From positions 64,001 to 128,000 of IMG/VR virus record IMGVR_UViG_3300040856_003274: a DNA stretch of 64,000 bases. One strand, given 5' to 3'. Within the stretch, counting starts at the first letter, position 1, and each line of letters starts with the position of its first letter. This DNA is from a virus. The notes beneath the pieces are model-generated. The model was not told the DNA's origin. It saw only the letters and a program-made list of their open reading frames with translations, and did not search any database. The position numbers were made by a program, and so were the translations under genes. This document shows, piece by piece, positions 37,499-48,473 of the stretch.

Positions 37499-40400
37499 CT
37501 AGTCCTCCAAGTTAGTAGCGAGCCTCTTGGCTCGGTTTATCGCTTCCTTTTGCCGACGCGGAAGCTCAAAAATATCGTATCTGAGAAGCTCTTGGAAACT
37601 CCCGTCTTTACGATTAACTCTGTAATCTAGCCAAGAATATCGAGACTCTAACAAGTCTTCCCCTTGGTTTAGAAGCTCACTAATTCTCGTAAGCATCGAG
37701 GGCTGGTTGAAGTCATCCTCGAAAAGAGTATACGGCTCAGCAGACCCTGTAGGAGTTTCATTGTCAAGGTCGGAGTCTTCAATAAATACGCGCCTGTCTA
37801 GGATACTTAAGCAGTCTGAGTCATTAACGTAAGGGGCGATGCTCACTTGACCTCTCACATCCTCAACGAGAACATTCAAAGCCACTCCTAAACCTATTGT
37901 AGGATCGACGTTAGACCCTACATCTTGAGCGTGTGCCTCTTCTTGAAAGTCTCGGTATGTTCCGTACTTCTTATTCGCATACAGAGTCCTGATCTGATCC
38001 ACAAGCGATAACGTGCGCTCTCTAAGCAATAGGATTTGACCTACCGCATTTTCGGAGAGTAACCCTGTAGGCTTGATGATCTTGTAGGAGTACGGCGCTA
38101 CTGAGAGGTAGTTGCCTCCAAAAGAAAGCGTGTTCGGGTCAGCATACTCTGTAGGTCTTAAATCCATTTGACCCTCTAGCCCATTGTCTGACAAAAGGCT
38201 ACCGTTGACGGTAGGGTACACTGTAAAAGCGCGTTGATTATCGTCACTGTCTTCAATCACGTCCCCAAACGCGGAGTTACCTACAACACCTGTAAGAGAA
38301 GTAACTGTTAACTCCGTAGGACTCACGCTTAATACTTTGTAAAAGCCTCGGTTGTCATCGTAAGGGCTAGGAGAGCCCGCTTGATGTACAAGATTGCCAA
38401 GAGAGTCTAAGCGACCTGGCACTCCAATGTCTCCGAAAGGTCGAGCCCCTTGCTCCCCTAAATCGTTTAGAACACCCGCAGGGTCAATAATCACAATATC
38501 GCCCTCTTCGACACCTTCATCGACATAGTTAAGGTAAAGGGGGTCTGACACATCCCGATCCGTGTTATTGTCCTTTAAGAAATTGATAGAGTCCTCATAG
38601 TTTGTGCGCCAAGGGGTATACCCTCCAAAGCCAGCCTCTGCCGTCATGGTGACTCTAACAGTGTCTGTGATTGCGTCTAAAAGCTCTTCACAAGACTGCT
38701 GGTGAGGTATGGGGGCTTGTTTTAATAAAACTACCGCTTCATCGTATGTGTGATCTGCGTCGAGCTCCCAATCTAGCTCTAAATAAAGGCGCTCTGCTTC
38801 TACTTTTGTAATCTTAGACTGGAAAACGGTGACTCCTCTACGTTTTACCTTTAACTCGTCCCCTGCATTAATATTAACGCGGGAGTATGTAAAGAGTCCT
38901 AGTTGAGTGCCTCCGTTAGACTCGAAAACTGTTTTTAATCCGTTAGCGCCATCAGCAAAGGAGATGCTGTTAGCTCTTCTCATCTCGTAGATGTAAGAAA
39001 GCTCAGAAGCATCCGTTTTAATAGAATTGTTCGCTTCGTGGAAGCGCCTAATATGAGACACCTCAAAGTTGACATATTCTTTCTCTGTGGGGATAGCCGC
39101 AGGGACAAAACTCGATAAAGACCTTAGCCCTAGTTTAAGATTAAGGTTCAGAGGGTTATTAGTGTTTTGCTCGTCAATCACTCTCTGAGCCGTCCCTTCA
39201 CCTAAGTCTTGAACGGGCTGAGGTATTGTAGGCTCAAGATAGATACCTGCGGTTGCTCGGTAAGTAGCAGTGAAAGTGTCAAACGGGCTTAAACACCGCA
39301 AGGCGCTCTCGGCAGGGTTCGTGATTAACACTCCTCTAGGGTTATTTAACGTGAGCCATTGCGCATCCGTAAGATAGCTGAGGTTAAAGCTACTTGGAGT
39401 ATTGTTATAAAGGTAAGGCCCTGAGTACCTCTTTCGCCATTCTTCCAAGACTACATTAGTGAAGGGCTGGACGGCTAACTCGCCTGCTAAAATACCGAAG
39501 CTACCGCCTGTCGCATCCACAGGTCTGCCTACAGAGAAATCAAGAGTGTCTCCATTTATGGTATTAAATGCCATTTCTTCGACACCGTAAATGGAGCTCG
39601 CTGGGTCATGGTAGCCCTGTGGAGTGAAGCCCTCAGCATAATCAAAGTCAAGAGGTAGAGAGGTCATCCCCGATATGTAAGCACCTCGCAGATTGGTCAA
39701 AAGGTCTGCGAAGTCGTTAGCAGGTATCACATTGCCCAAGGCATCCCTAAAGTTTGAGAGTGTTTTAAACGTAATATTATGCTCAATGAGCGCATAGTCT
39801 GCGCAAATGATCGCGTAGCGGAGATCAGTAGAGCTTCCTGAGTAGAGCTGTCTAAAGTTTGTGATAATGTGGACACGTCCACTTACTACAGGGAAGAAAT
39901 ACCGATACGATTGCGGGTCGTTGATAGGCTCTTGTACCGTAATCGAGTATGTGCCTCCTGATGAAGTAATCTCTTTGAAGAGTGGGAAGGCAGATATTAC
40001 GGGCAGGTCTTTCTCAAAAGTACCGTAATCTAAGCCCGCGTCAGCAGGGACAACGCCTCTAATCAAGTAAGAACCCGCTTTTGTGGTGCAAGGGTAGCCA
40101 GCCACCGCAGAGCTTTTAATCTTAAGCACATCGCTCTTCTCAATGCCGTCGAGAGCACCTGAAGAAAGAGTCACGTCCTTGAGGATAAAGTCCGAGTCTG
40201 AGCTAGCGAGGTCTTCTGCTAAGACAGTGCCAACCACCACAGGTTCTGAGCTAGGGATCACAGACACACTTAGAGTTTCATTAGAAGCCTCTAAGATATC
40301 CTTAACGGGCTGGTTACCCGAACCCTCCCAACCGTGAGCCCTCAAACCCCACCTTGCGCTGGTAGCGTCATAGATGCCTACACCGAGGTGGTCAAGTGTC

Positions 40401-43400
40401 CTTCTCTTAAAGGTAAGAGGGTCGCCTCCGTTAATCTCTAGGGCAGAGTTTACTGAGCTATCAGGGTTTCCTGTAAGCCCTGTCTCAACTTGCTCTACAT
40501 CAAGCGTTGCTTCTAAAGAAAGACCGCTTATAGAGTGCATACGCCCGCGCTCGCCCGCGTGAGAGAGAGGGTACACCTCTGTAAAGGTGAGTCTGTCTTC
40601 TTCAATATTAGCGGTACGGGAGCTAGCTCTAATGTTAACGCTGAAGTCTAAGTGACCTTCGCTGTCGTTAGGATTAGAGACGAAGAAGTTAGCGCCCGAA
40701 GTCACTTTATGGAAGTAATGACTAGGGTCAATAAGAGGAGAGCCCAAAGTAGTGGTGGTAATGACAAGGTTTGTTTGAAACGAGAAGCTACCAAACAACA
40801 GTGCGAAACTCGCACTGACTGTTCCGTCTGCGCTTATTCTTTGTACACTGCCTGTGACACTGCCTGACGGTGTAGTTTTAGTGAGCCTAATCGTATCAAC
40901 GACCTCGCCCTCGTTTACCGCTACGAAAGGGTCTATGTCTCGTTTATAGAGATTAATCTCGATAATCGTACCGAACTCTGCGTTAAACCATAAGTCTTCA
41001 AACGGCGTAAGGTCTAAGCCTCCTATAGACTCGACTTTGAAGGTATACACATAAATATTCAACACAGCGTCATAGACGCGACGTACCGCTACCCCTGAGA
41101 AGTGGCCTGGGTCTTCGTAAGCAAGCGCGTTATTTAAAACGTAAGAAATCTTATTGCCGATCTCTGTGTGGCTTACATATCTAGGCGGCTCAACGCTATT
41201 AGAGTCTACTCTGCCTACCGAAAGGAAGCCTCTACTACCTAACGTAGAACCCTCTAATGTCTCTGAGAGCATTAGATCATAAGGCTCTGCGTCTGCGACA
41301 CCGCTTTTAGGCGTGTAAGCCCCTGCGTCCGTCACAGGGAGCAATGATCTTGAAAAATCTAAGATACCCATGTCGTCAGGTACAGCGGAACGCTCAACGA
41401 TCTCGTCAGGGTAATCTGACTGAGTAACCGTAGCGTTATCTTGGTCTAAAACCGTTTGGAGCTTCTTTTGGAGTGCTCTCAACCTAATCTTCTCTACAGA
41501 AGGACTTGAGAGGTAAGGTACGGGGTAGTCCCCACTATCAGACTTATCTTCACTAAAGAGCGCAGGTAATCTTAAGGGCTCGATATCGCTATACGAAAAA
41601 GAGATATCCGCGTCATAGAACATTCCAGGTGTAGGAGGAGTTTGACCTAACATTTCTTTTAGAGGAAAAGGCACTGTGTCTTCTAGGCTTGGTAAAGATC
41701 GGTCTGCGATCTCCCCGTTAGAGCGGAGCGTGAAGTCAGAACCTGCTCTGTAAGTATCCGAGAAAGAGGAGACGAGAACCATCTCTTCTATCGTAGGGCT
41801 AATACCTGCATCGCTAGAAGGCTGTGTTGCTTCCGCGAAGAGGGTATCGCCCTCGGAGATGACAGCCCCCTCTCTAAGGCTAGAGATGTCTTGAACGCGC
41901 CTAACGGGGTCTGACTCGTCGCTCTTTAAGTCGATTACGCATCCAGCATAGATATTTCTTACCGATACTTTGGCGTATACGGGCTCGTCTTGTATCTCGA
42001 CGTATTTAACATCTCTAAGGTTAATGATTTGCCCGTTCGCATACCCTACGTTTAGAGTATCGCCTACCTTAAACGCTGGAGTAGATAGTTCTACATCCCC
42101 TGTCGTCAAATCACTTAAAGAGCCTCCGTTAGAGATGAGTTTGGTAAGGTCAGGTAGCTCGTTCTCGTCTAGGGGGAAGTCTTTGATTAGGAGAGGAGTG
42201 GCTAAGATTGCAGGTCTAGGAGTCACTGAGAAAGACTCCGCGCCGACAAGCCCTAATGATGTGTCTAACTCAGGAAACCCGTGAGGTGAGTAACTTACAA
42301 CACGCGCTCTCGGAAACCGCTTTCTTAGAGTAGCGTCTGTAACCGCGCTCACTTCTCCTATTACGTTGTTTTGAAGCTGACCGATTACATTCCCATTTGT
42401 ATCTGCCCACCCATAATCAAAAACACCGCGCCCTGTCTCAACGACTCGACCTGCGGTAAAGATACCATCGTTAGGGTACTCGTCTGAAACGTGGCCTTTG
42501 TAGATTTGACCGTATCCTTGAGCTCTTTGAGGGAAGAGTCTTGAGAGCTTATGGAGCTCACCTAGCCTCTTATAGACTCCCCTAAGAGTGTTTTTCTTAT
42601 CGCCGTTGATTTTTATTGTTTTTTTACGAGTGCCTACAAGCACAATGTCATCAACATCGTTCTCTACGTAACGCTTCTGATCATTCGTAAGTCTTTTAAT
42701 CTCGCTAGAGGTCATGTCTTGGTCGTCAAACACAACACCATCAATCAGAGAGGGTGTAATGTGCGGGCGCAAGAGCGGGTCACTGCTAATAGGAATGTAA
42801 GGCGAGTTAGACACCGCTGAGAAAGCCTCTCGGAAGAGTATTCTTGGCGTGTAAGAGCCCTCGATCAGGTTCTCGAAGCCAGGTGTCTCGGTTACGCGGT
42901 CTTCTCGCCTAATATTAAACTTGAGCTTACCGTCTCGGTCACCAATGAAGACACCCTCTGAAGTCTCTACCATCTGCTCAAGAGAACACACTACATTATG
43001 GTAGAAGCTCAGGAAAGATCGAGCTACGCGCTCCTTATTTTTAATCCTTGTGCGGGTCGAGAGTATGCCTGATACACCTTTATCGTTACTCTCGTCAGGC
43101 GCTGAGGCGAGAAAAGAGCCGAAGGTGTTAAGGTTCTTTTCTCGGTCTTCGCTTAAGACCTCTTTCGCAAACTCCTTGAGCGGTAAAGCGCGGAAATAAA
43201 ACCCGTCAGGGTCTACGTACTCGTACTTGCCTTTTAAGATGAACCCATTGTTCTCTTCAGGAGATACGAGTTTAATGTAAGAGATGCCTAGTAAGGGGCT
43301 TACAAGCACTCCGTCTCGGAAATACGGAGAGGGCGCTTTGATTAAGCTGAACGCTCCGAATAGCTCGTCTCCAGCATCGAAGCCTTTAAAGTGGTTAGAG

Positions 43401-46400
43401 TCAAAAGCCATATCCCCTGTGGAGGGATTTATGGTGAAGTCGAGGTCTTGGCGCAGAGCTTCACCGATACCCTCACTGTTTAAGCGTATGAGGGTGTAAG
43501 GGTTTGATGTTAGATAAGCACCCTTGCCTACAACGATGGGGGTATTCTTTTGGTATATAGGTGTCTTGCTAATCTTAAGGGAGTCCGAGCTGGAGTACCC
43601 TTTCTGAAAGATGTCCGTCAACTCTATCGTGGTTTGGTTGCCGTCTTCAGAAACAGTTGCTGAAGCGATGATAAAGGAGTCTCCGCCTACCTCAAGTACA
43701 TTCCCCGTAATCGCGTACTCTAGGAAGTTACCGAAAAGAGTAAGGTTCTTCGCGCCCCTAGACACGGGCGCGAACACGGGAGGGTTGCTGAGGTTGAAGG
43801 CTTCCTCAAAAGGCACTAGGAAAGACTCTGTGACGGAACGGTCTGTGATGAGCATCAACTCAGGGTTACTTGCAGAGCGGGAGCCGAGCTCTTTTGTAGG
43901 AGTAGGGGTGATCTCAACGGAAGTCTCATTTGCGTCAGCGTCGTAAACGCTAGAAGTCACATAAAGAGTAGACGCTCCTAATCTTAAGAGCTTACCTGCG
44001 CTAATCTCAGTCCTATCTCCCTTGAGCTTAAAGAGCCTTTGATCAACCGCTAAGAAGAAAGGCTCATGATAGTAAGGCTCTCCTAGCGTGAATATAATCT
44101 CTCCACCCTGAGCTGAGAAAACCGCATATGTGACGGTTACAGGTCTGCCGTCTGTTATAGAGCGGTTGAAGTCTAGCCTCCCCTCGCTAATCGTAACCGT
44201 CTGAGCGCCTCTATAGTTTTCGAGATTAGCCTCTACGTAAACGACAGGCTCAAAGCTCGTATCTAGAGGCAAGCCGTTAAGATTAAACTCATAAGTGTAC
44301 TGAGAGCTTCTTTGGGCGCTTTCGCTTTTAATGAAGAAGGGGAGCTTCTTAGTAATCCGATCTTCCGAAGTGGCTCTACCGTCTATATCACCAGGTTGAT
44401 ACGTAACCTCTATCTCTTGGTCTTTCACAAGAGGCTTTGAGAGCTGGAAGCTCCCTGCGAGAGAGTTAGCTTTAAAGTCTGCACCCTCAATCAGCACCTC
44501 AACAAGGTAAGCAGAGGTCGCCTGCGTATTAACCACACCGTTGTGAGGGTCTAGCTCTAAGACATCAGCAGAGAAAGACTCGCTGTAATATACCACGCTG
44601 TCAGCGAGGCTTGTTACGATCTCTAAGCCTACTCTCAACTCTCCTGTGGGTAGATACTCAATGATCGCTTCGTTATCTGTGAACGCTTCAACTCGAATAA
44701 GAGTGCCTAAAAACTTATTAAACTCCCTACTTCCGATATTCAAGATGAAGTCTGAGAGGGTTTCTTTATCCGCGTTCAAGCCAGGTAGGGCGAGGTTGTC
44801 TGCTACATCACCAAGAGCCACACCTTTATTGAGGATATACGGAGTCTGATCCGCTTCATCTATACGGATGAATATCTGCCTACCCTTCGTAAGGGACTCG
44901 AAAGGTGACGTGATCTTATCTTCAGGTATGGGTGTCAGTTTTCTGACAATGAGAGGCTCTTCATTAAGATGGTTGAAGGGCTCGTAAAAGACCTCCGCGA
45001 ACAAGCTATCGCGGTTAGTGTCATCCTTAAGGATCGTGCAGAAGACATTATCTTCTTCAACCTTAAGGTTAGTCTCTACGATCCCGTTTTGCCTATTATA
45101 GTTGACGCGCACATAACGAATACCTGAGCTGAGGGCGAGCTTTAGGACTTGACCCTCTACAACATCTGCAAAGAAACTAACAGACGTGCTCTCTATGTTT
45201 CCAAAAGAGTCGCAAGACACAAGACCCGTAGCCAGCGAGTTGCGGAAAGACTCGATGAGAGTGACCTGTCCTTGAGGCTCACTGACCACGTAATCTAACC
45301 CTAATGTCAAATATTCATAGTCGTTAACACCGTCTGAATATTTGACGAAGCCTCTAAGCTCAGGTGCGGTGCTCCCGCTCAGTATTTGAGTGTCACCCAA
45401 AGAGATATTGACGGTAGGTCTTTGGATAGGGATCGTCTTCGCGACCCTCTCAACCCACTTAAACTGATTGTCCTCGAAGTTGTAGGCGATATCTTCAAAC
45501 GGATAGAGTATCTTTTGCCGTATCCCGCTGTCGTATTTAAAAAATGCGCTCTCGGTATAGCCGAGGCCGTCTTCTAGGGGATTAAAGTCTAAGAAATGGA
45601 AAGGACTCCGAGAGATTGTTCCGATAGGTATATCGTTAATGATTGACGTAGACTTAAAGTCAGAAACTTGCCTAGACAGGTCTAAGTTAACGGGGGATCG
45701 GTACACTCCAAGCGCGACACCTGACTCAATACTCCATGTGTGGTCGGAGTGGTAAAAGACAGGTAATCCGAAGGCTTCAATCGCAGAGGTGTCTTTGTTG
45801 CCATTATCGTCGTAAGGGCTTAACTCTAAGATTGTCCCCACCTCTACTCTAATGACAAGGTATCGGTTAATCAGACTTACGCTGACACCTTGTCCTAAAA
45901 CGCTATTAAGGCTACCTATAAGATTACTGCCTACATAGCGCCAGCGCACATAAGCGCCGTCTTTATGGAAGTGGAGGCTGTCTCCCTCTTTAAGCTCAAA
46001 TAGGGATCTTTTCTTAGAGACAAGCTCTCTTCCTCCAACGTAACGGCTCGGCACTAGCTCGCTCTGTCTAAATAAAATGCGCCCACCTTGATTAGACTTT
46101 TGCCATGTCGAAGGGGCATGAGTAGGCAGACCTACACCGTCTGCCTCTAGCGCAACAAAAGCAGAGCTTTCTTTTATCTCCTTACGCTTAGGAAGATCGC
46201 TTACTCTATCGACCACCTTAACTCGCTCTAAACAAGCATTCTCCGTGTAAATAAAGAAGTCTCCTACACCTTGAGCAGATGTTACGAGCCCGCACCCGTT
46301 AGGTCTAAAGGTAGGTGTGTCAGAGCTGTTAGGTTTTGTACCTGTTTTATCGGGATCACCGAGATACCCGCTTGTGAGGTAACCGTCTTCAGACAGTGTT

Positions 46401-47851
46401 GAGGGAGGTATTCTTAGTTTTGTGCTCTTGGCAAGGTTGTTGACCTCTTGCCCGTTTTCGTTCCTTAACGTCACAGGGTATTTTACGGGCAAAGGCTCTT
46501 TATTCAGGGCGATGCCGTTATAGAGGACTTGAGCGCCTACATACAACCTATTAAAGGAGTTGCTAGTGATGTCAACCTTGGCTAGATCAATCTCGCTAAA
46601 CTTGAGCTTTCCCGTAGAGAGCGCGACTCCTACGTGACCCTCTAACAGAGTAAGCCCGCTTAAAAGAGTCTCTGTATCTACTAGAGTAACGGAGAGAGGT
46701 CTGCGGTTGCCGATGTGGAGCATAGGTCGGCTTTGAGGGGGAGGGGGAGGGCTGATATAAAGGTCTTCACCGAACGTGCCGACAACACCATCGTTTTCTT
46801 CATTAAGGTTTAAGGTTGAGTACCAAAGGGTTGAACCGTAATAAGCCTCTACGAAAGTCGGATTGAATAGAATTTGACCACTCTCGACAGACAACAACCC
46901 TGAGAGAGGTGGGTTGTAGTCATCGAAGGCGATTTCTTTGTTATCGAGCTGTGTTTGAGATACTGCAAGGACACCTGAATACTCCTTGCCCATAGAAGCT
47001 ACGGGTACGGACGCTTCATTAGGGACATCCCCTAATCTTAATGTAGCATAGAGATCATTTGACTCGCCATCGAGAAACTCACCTTGTCTTATCCATGTTG
47101 GCAGGGGGCTCAGTGTAAAGGACTCTGAGGTGAGCTGTCCTAGATTGACAGGCTTGGAACCTTTAATGAGAGTCCAGTTACGAGTTGCACCATCCCATTT
47201 AAAGCGCGACTGATTAGGATCATTCTTAGTCCACCAAAAGCGAGCGTCTTCTACGGTATAGGTAGCGCCCGTGATCGTGTCTCCCCTATCTTGTGAGAGA
47301 GCGGCTTGGTTCGCACCGCTCTCAGTAAGGTTTCTCGTCTCGGTAGTGTTCTTTAGCGTAACCTTACCGCTGGTCGAGTTAAAGTCGAAATGGAGACTAG
47401 TAAACTCTACAGGGTCGCCATTGATTAAGACAGTGAGGGACAGGAGCGTATCTACTTTGAGCCCTTGCAAATCGTGGACAAGAAACTCGTTAGTTGCGTC
47501 ATAGTAAGGATCGGCTAGTCCCTGTCTAATCGTAAGATTAAGATACCTGAAGGTTACTTCAGCGTTGTCTAACACTTTTGTGGGGTCAAGGGCGAGGTTG
47601 GAAGAGTTAGCCGCCCATACAAAGTATTCTTCTAGTTGCTCCTCAGAGAGGTTTGCGCTTCGGTAAATCTCAGCACGCAGGTCAATAAAGTCGGGCAGTG
47701 TGTTAAGGAAGTTTGCGGAAAACCCGCTGAATAAATCGCCCTTCTGCTTAAAGTCTCTAACGACTTTAATCTCCGCCTCGTTTGTGGTGCTCGCGTTCGA
47801 GTCTGCGCTCTTTACGCCTTCTAATACAACACCTTTGAAAAGCTCACTCAT
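37499..47851 (-). CDS. Giant (3450 aa) probable baseplate/tail-associated structural protein
   Basis: Uninterrupted 10.3 kb ORF, beta-rich and acidic, with recurring (D/E)G.DY/F..-type segments; lies downstream of the hub and spike genes. Confidence 0.7.
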   Translation of the reverse strand: MSELFKGVVLEGVKSADSNASTTNEAEIKVVRDFKQKGDLFSGFSANFLNTLPDFIDLRAEIYRSANLSEEQLEEYFVWAANSSNLALDPTKVLDNAEVTFRYLNLTIRQGLADPYYDATNEFLVHDLQGLKVDTLLSLTVLINGDPVEFTSLHFDFNSTSGKVTLKNTTETRNLTESGANQAALSQDRGDTITGATYTVEDARFWWTKNDPNQSRFKWDGATRNWTLIKGSKPVNLGQLTSESFTLSPLPTWIRQGEFLDGESNDLYATLRLGDVPNEASVPVASMGKEYSGVLAVSQTQLDNKEIAFDDYNPPLSGLLSVESGQILFNPTFVEAYYGSTLWYSTLNLNEENDGVVGTFGEDLYISPPPPPQSRPMLHIGNRRPLSVTLVDTETLLSGLTLLEGHVGVALSTGKLKFSEIDLAKVDITSNSFNRLYVGAQVLYNGIALNKEPLPVKYPVTLRNENGQEVNNLAKSTKLRIPPSTLSEDGYLTSGYLGDPDKTGTKPNSSDTPTFRPNGCGLVTSAQGVGDFFIYTENACLERVKVVDRVSDLPKRKEIKESSAFVALEADGVGLPTHAPSTWQKSNQGGRILFRQSELVPSRYVGGRELVSKKRSLFELKEGDSLHFHKDGAYVRWRYVGSNLIGSLNSVLGQGVSVSLINRYLVIRVEVGTILELSPYDDNGNKDTSAIEAFGLPVFYHSDHTWSIESGVALGVYRSPVNLDLSRQVSDFKSTSIINDIPIGTISRSPFHFLDFNPLEDGLGYTESAFFKYDSGIRQKILYPFEDIAYNFEDNQFKWVERVAKTIPIQRPTVNISLGDTQILSGSTAPELRGFVKYSDGVNDYEYLTLGLDYVVSEPQGQVTLIESFRNSLATGLVSCDSFGNIESTSVSFFADVVEGQVLKLALSSGIRYVRVNYNRQNGIVETNLKVEEDNVFCTILKDDTNRDSLFAEVFYEPFNHLNEEPLIVRKLTPIPEDKITSPFESLTKGRQIFIRIDEADQTPYILNKGVALGDVADNLALPGLNADKETLSDFILNIGSREFNKFLGTLIRVEAFTDNEAIIEYLPTGELRVGLEIVTSLADSVVYYSESFSADVLELDPHNGVVNTQATSAYLVEVLIEGADFKANSLAGSFQLSKPLVKDQEIEVTYQPGDIDGRATSEDRITKKLPFFIKSESAQRSSQYTYEFNLNGLPLDTSFEPVVYVEANLENYRGAQTVTISEGRLDFNRSITDGRPVTVTYAVFSAQGGEIIFTLGEPYYHEPFFLAVDQRLFKLKGDRTEISAGKLLRLGASTLYVTSSVYDADANETSVEITPTPTKELGSRSASNPELMLITDRSVTESFLVPFEEAFNLSNPPVFAPVSRGAKNLTLFGNFLEYAITGNVLEVGGDSFIIASATVSEDGNQTTIELTDIFQKGYSSSDSLKISKTPIYQKNTPIVVGKGAYLTSNPYTLIRLNSEGIGEALRQDLDFTINPSTGDMAFDSNHFKGFDAGDELFGAFSLIKAPSPYFRDGVLVSPLLGISYIKLVSPEENNGFILKGKYEYVDPDGFYFRALPLKEFAKEVLSEDREKNLNTFGSFLASAPDESNDKGVSGILSTRTRIKNKERVARSFLSFYHNVVCSLEQMVETSEGVFIGDRDGKLKFNIRREDRVTETPGFENLIEGSYTPRILFREAFSAVSNSPYIPISSDPLLRPHITPSLIDGVVFDDQDMTSSEIKRLTNDQKRYVENDVDDIVLVGTRKKTIKINGDKKNTLRGVYKRLGELHKLSRLFPQRAQGYGQIYKGHVSDEYPNDGIFTAGRVVETGRGVFDYGWADTNGNVIGQLQNNVIGEVSAVTDATLRKRFPRARVVSYSPHGFPELDTSLGLVGAESFSVTPRPAILATPLLIKDFPLDENELPDLTKLISNGGSLSDLTTGDVELSTPAFKVGDTLNVGYANGQIINLRDVKYVEIQDEPVYAKVSVRNIYAGCVIDLKSDESDPVRRVQDISSLREGAVISEGDTLFAEATQPSSDAGISPTIEEMVLVSSFSDTYRAGSDFTLRSNGEIADRSLPSLEDTVPFPLKEMLGQTPPTPGMFYDADISFSYSDIEPLRLPALFSEDKSDSGDYPVPYLSSPSVEKIRLRALQKKLQTVLDQDNATVTQSDYPDEIVERSAVPDDMGILDFSRSLLPVTDAGAYTPKSGVADAEPYDLMLSETLEGSTLGSRGFLSVGRVDSNSVEPPRYVSHTEIGNKISYVLNNALAYEDPGHFSGVAVRRVYDAVLNIYVYTFKVESIGGLDLTPFEDLWFNAEFGTIIEINLYKRDIDPFVAVNEGEVVDTIRLTKTTPSGSVTGSVQRISADGTVSASFALLFGSFSFQTNLVITTTTLGSPLIDPSHYFHKVTSGANFFVSNPNDSEGHLDFSVNIRASSRTANIEEDRLTFTEVYPLSHAGERGRMHSISGLSLEATLDVEQVETGLTGNPDSSVNSALEINGGDPLTFKRRTLDHLGVGIYDATSARWGLRAHGWEGSGNQPVKDILEASNETLSVSVIPSSEPVVVGTVLAEDLASSDSDFILKDVTLSSGALDGIEKSDVLKIKSSAVAGYPCTTKAGSYLIRGVVPADAGLDYGTFEKDLPVISAFPLFKEITSSGGTYSITVQEPINDPQSYRYFFPVVSGRVHIITNFRQLYSGSSTDLRYAIICADYALIEHNITFKTLSNFRDALGNVIPANDFADLLTNLRGAYISGMTSLPLDFDYAEGFTPQGYHDPASSIYGVEEMAFNTINGDTLDFSVGRPVDATGGSFGILAGELAVQPFTNVVLEEWRKRYSGPYLYNNTPSSFNLSYLTDAQWLTLNNPRGVLITNPAESALRCLSPFDTFTATYRATAGIYLEPTIPQPVQDLGEGTAQRVIDEQNTNNPLNLNLKLGLRSLSSFVPAAIPTEKEYVNFEVSHIRRFHEANNSIKTDASELSYIYEMRRANSISFADGANGLKTVFESNGGTQLGLFTYSRVNINAGDELKVKRRGVTVFQSKITKVEAERLYLELDWELDADHTYDEAVVLLKQAPIPHQQSCEELLDAITDTVRVTMTAEAGFGGYTPWRTNYEDSINFLKDNNTDRDVSDPLYLNYVDEGVEEGDIVIIDPAGVLNDLGEQGARPFGDIGVPGRLDSLGNLVHQAGSPSPYDDNRGFYKVLSVSPTELTVTSLTGVVGNSAFGDVIEDSDDNQRAFTVYPTVNGSLLSDNGLEGQMDLRPTEYADPNTLSFGGNYLSVAPYSYKIIKPTGLLSENAVGQILLLRERTLSLVDQIRTLYANKKYGTYRDFQEEAHAQDVGSNVDPTIGLGVALNVLVEDVRGQVSIAPYVNDSDCLSILDRRVFIEDSDLDNETPTGSAEPYTLFEDDFNQPSMLTRISELLNQGEDLLESRYSWLDYRVNRKDGSFQELLRYDIFELPRRQKEAINRAKRLATNLED

Positions 47852-47860
47852 GTCTTAACC

Positions 47861-48463
47861 TTATCCGATTATGCTAAAAGTAGGCGCAGAGCCGATTAAA
47901 ACGGACACGGCGGCTGGCGGGACGGGGGTTACTGCACCAACGCCAAATCCTAATAGGGTTTGTTGCCCTAAAGCTACACTAATACCTTTAGATAATAAAG
48001 ATTGATTAAGCTGAGGAGAGCCTCCACTTGAAACAAAAGCTGACTTGATCGCGCTAAGCAAAGAAGCCTCTAATGTAGGCACGTTAGCGGCGATTACTTT
48101 TGTGGAGTCAACCCCTGCGACAACACCTGACGACTGTCCTTTGTATACGATGCCACTCATAGAAGAAGCGCACGCGAGCCCTACTGCTTTATAGAGCTCT
48201 AAAGCGATAGGCCCCTTTAGATCGCTCGCTTTAGTGGCGGTGGCGACAAAGCTCGGAGAAGGAGGGAACGTAGTCACTCCGTTAACTTCCCCTTTTCCTC
48301 CCACAGAGCCTGTTGCAGTACCTTGGAATGTAATATTAGAGGGCGTGTTTACCCATGTTGCGATCCCTGTCGAAATGGCGGAAGCTAGGATGCTCCAGCT
48401 TAATCCTTTGAAAGTGCTATTAGAGAGGATTTCTTGATTTAGTGTGGCGGGTGTCAGTTTCAT
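47861..48463 (-). CDS. Small Gly/Ala/Ser-rich baseplate-region protein
   Basis: 200 aa ORF immediately after the spike-like gene. Confidence 0.6.
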   Translation of the reverse strand: MKLTPATLNQEILSNSTFKGLSWSILASAISTGIATWVNTPSNITFQGTATGSVGGKGEVNGVTTFPPSPSFVATATKASDLKGPIALELYKAVGLACASSMSGIVYKGQSSGVVAGVDSTKVIAANVPTLEASLLSAIKSAFVSSGGSPQLNQSLLSKGISVALGQQTLLGFGVGAVTPVPPAAVSVLIGSAPTFSIIG

Positions 48464-48473
48464 TAAACTTTTC

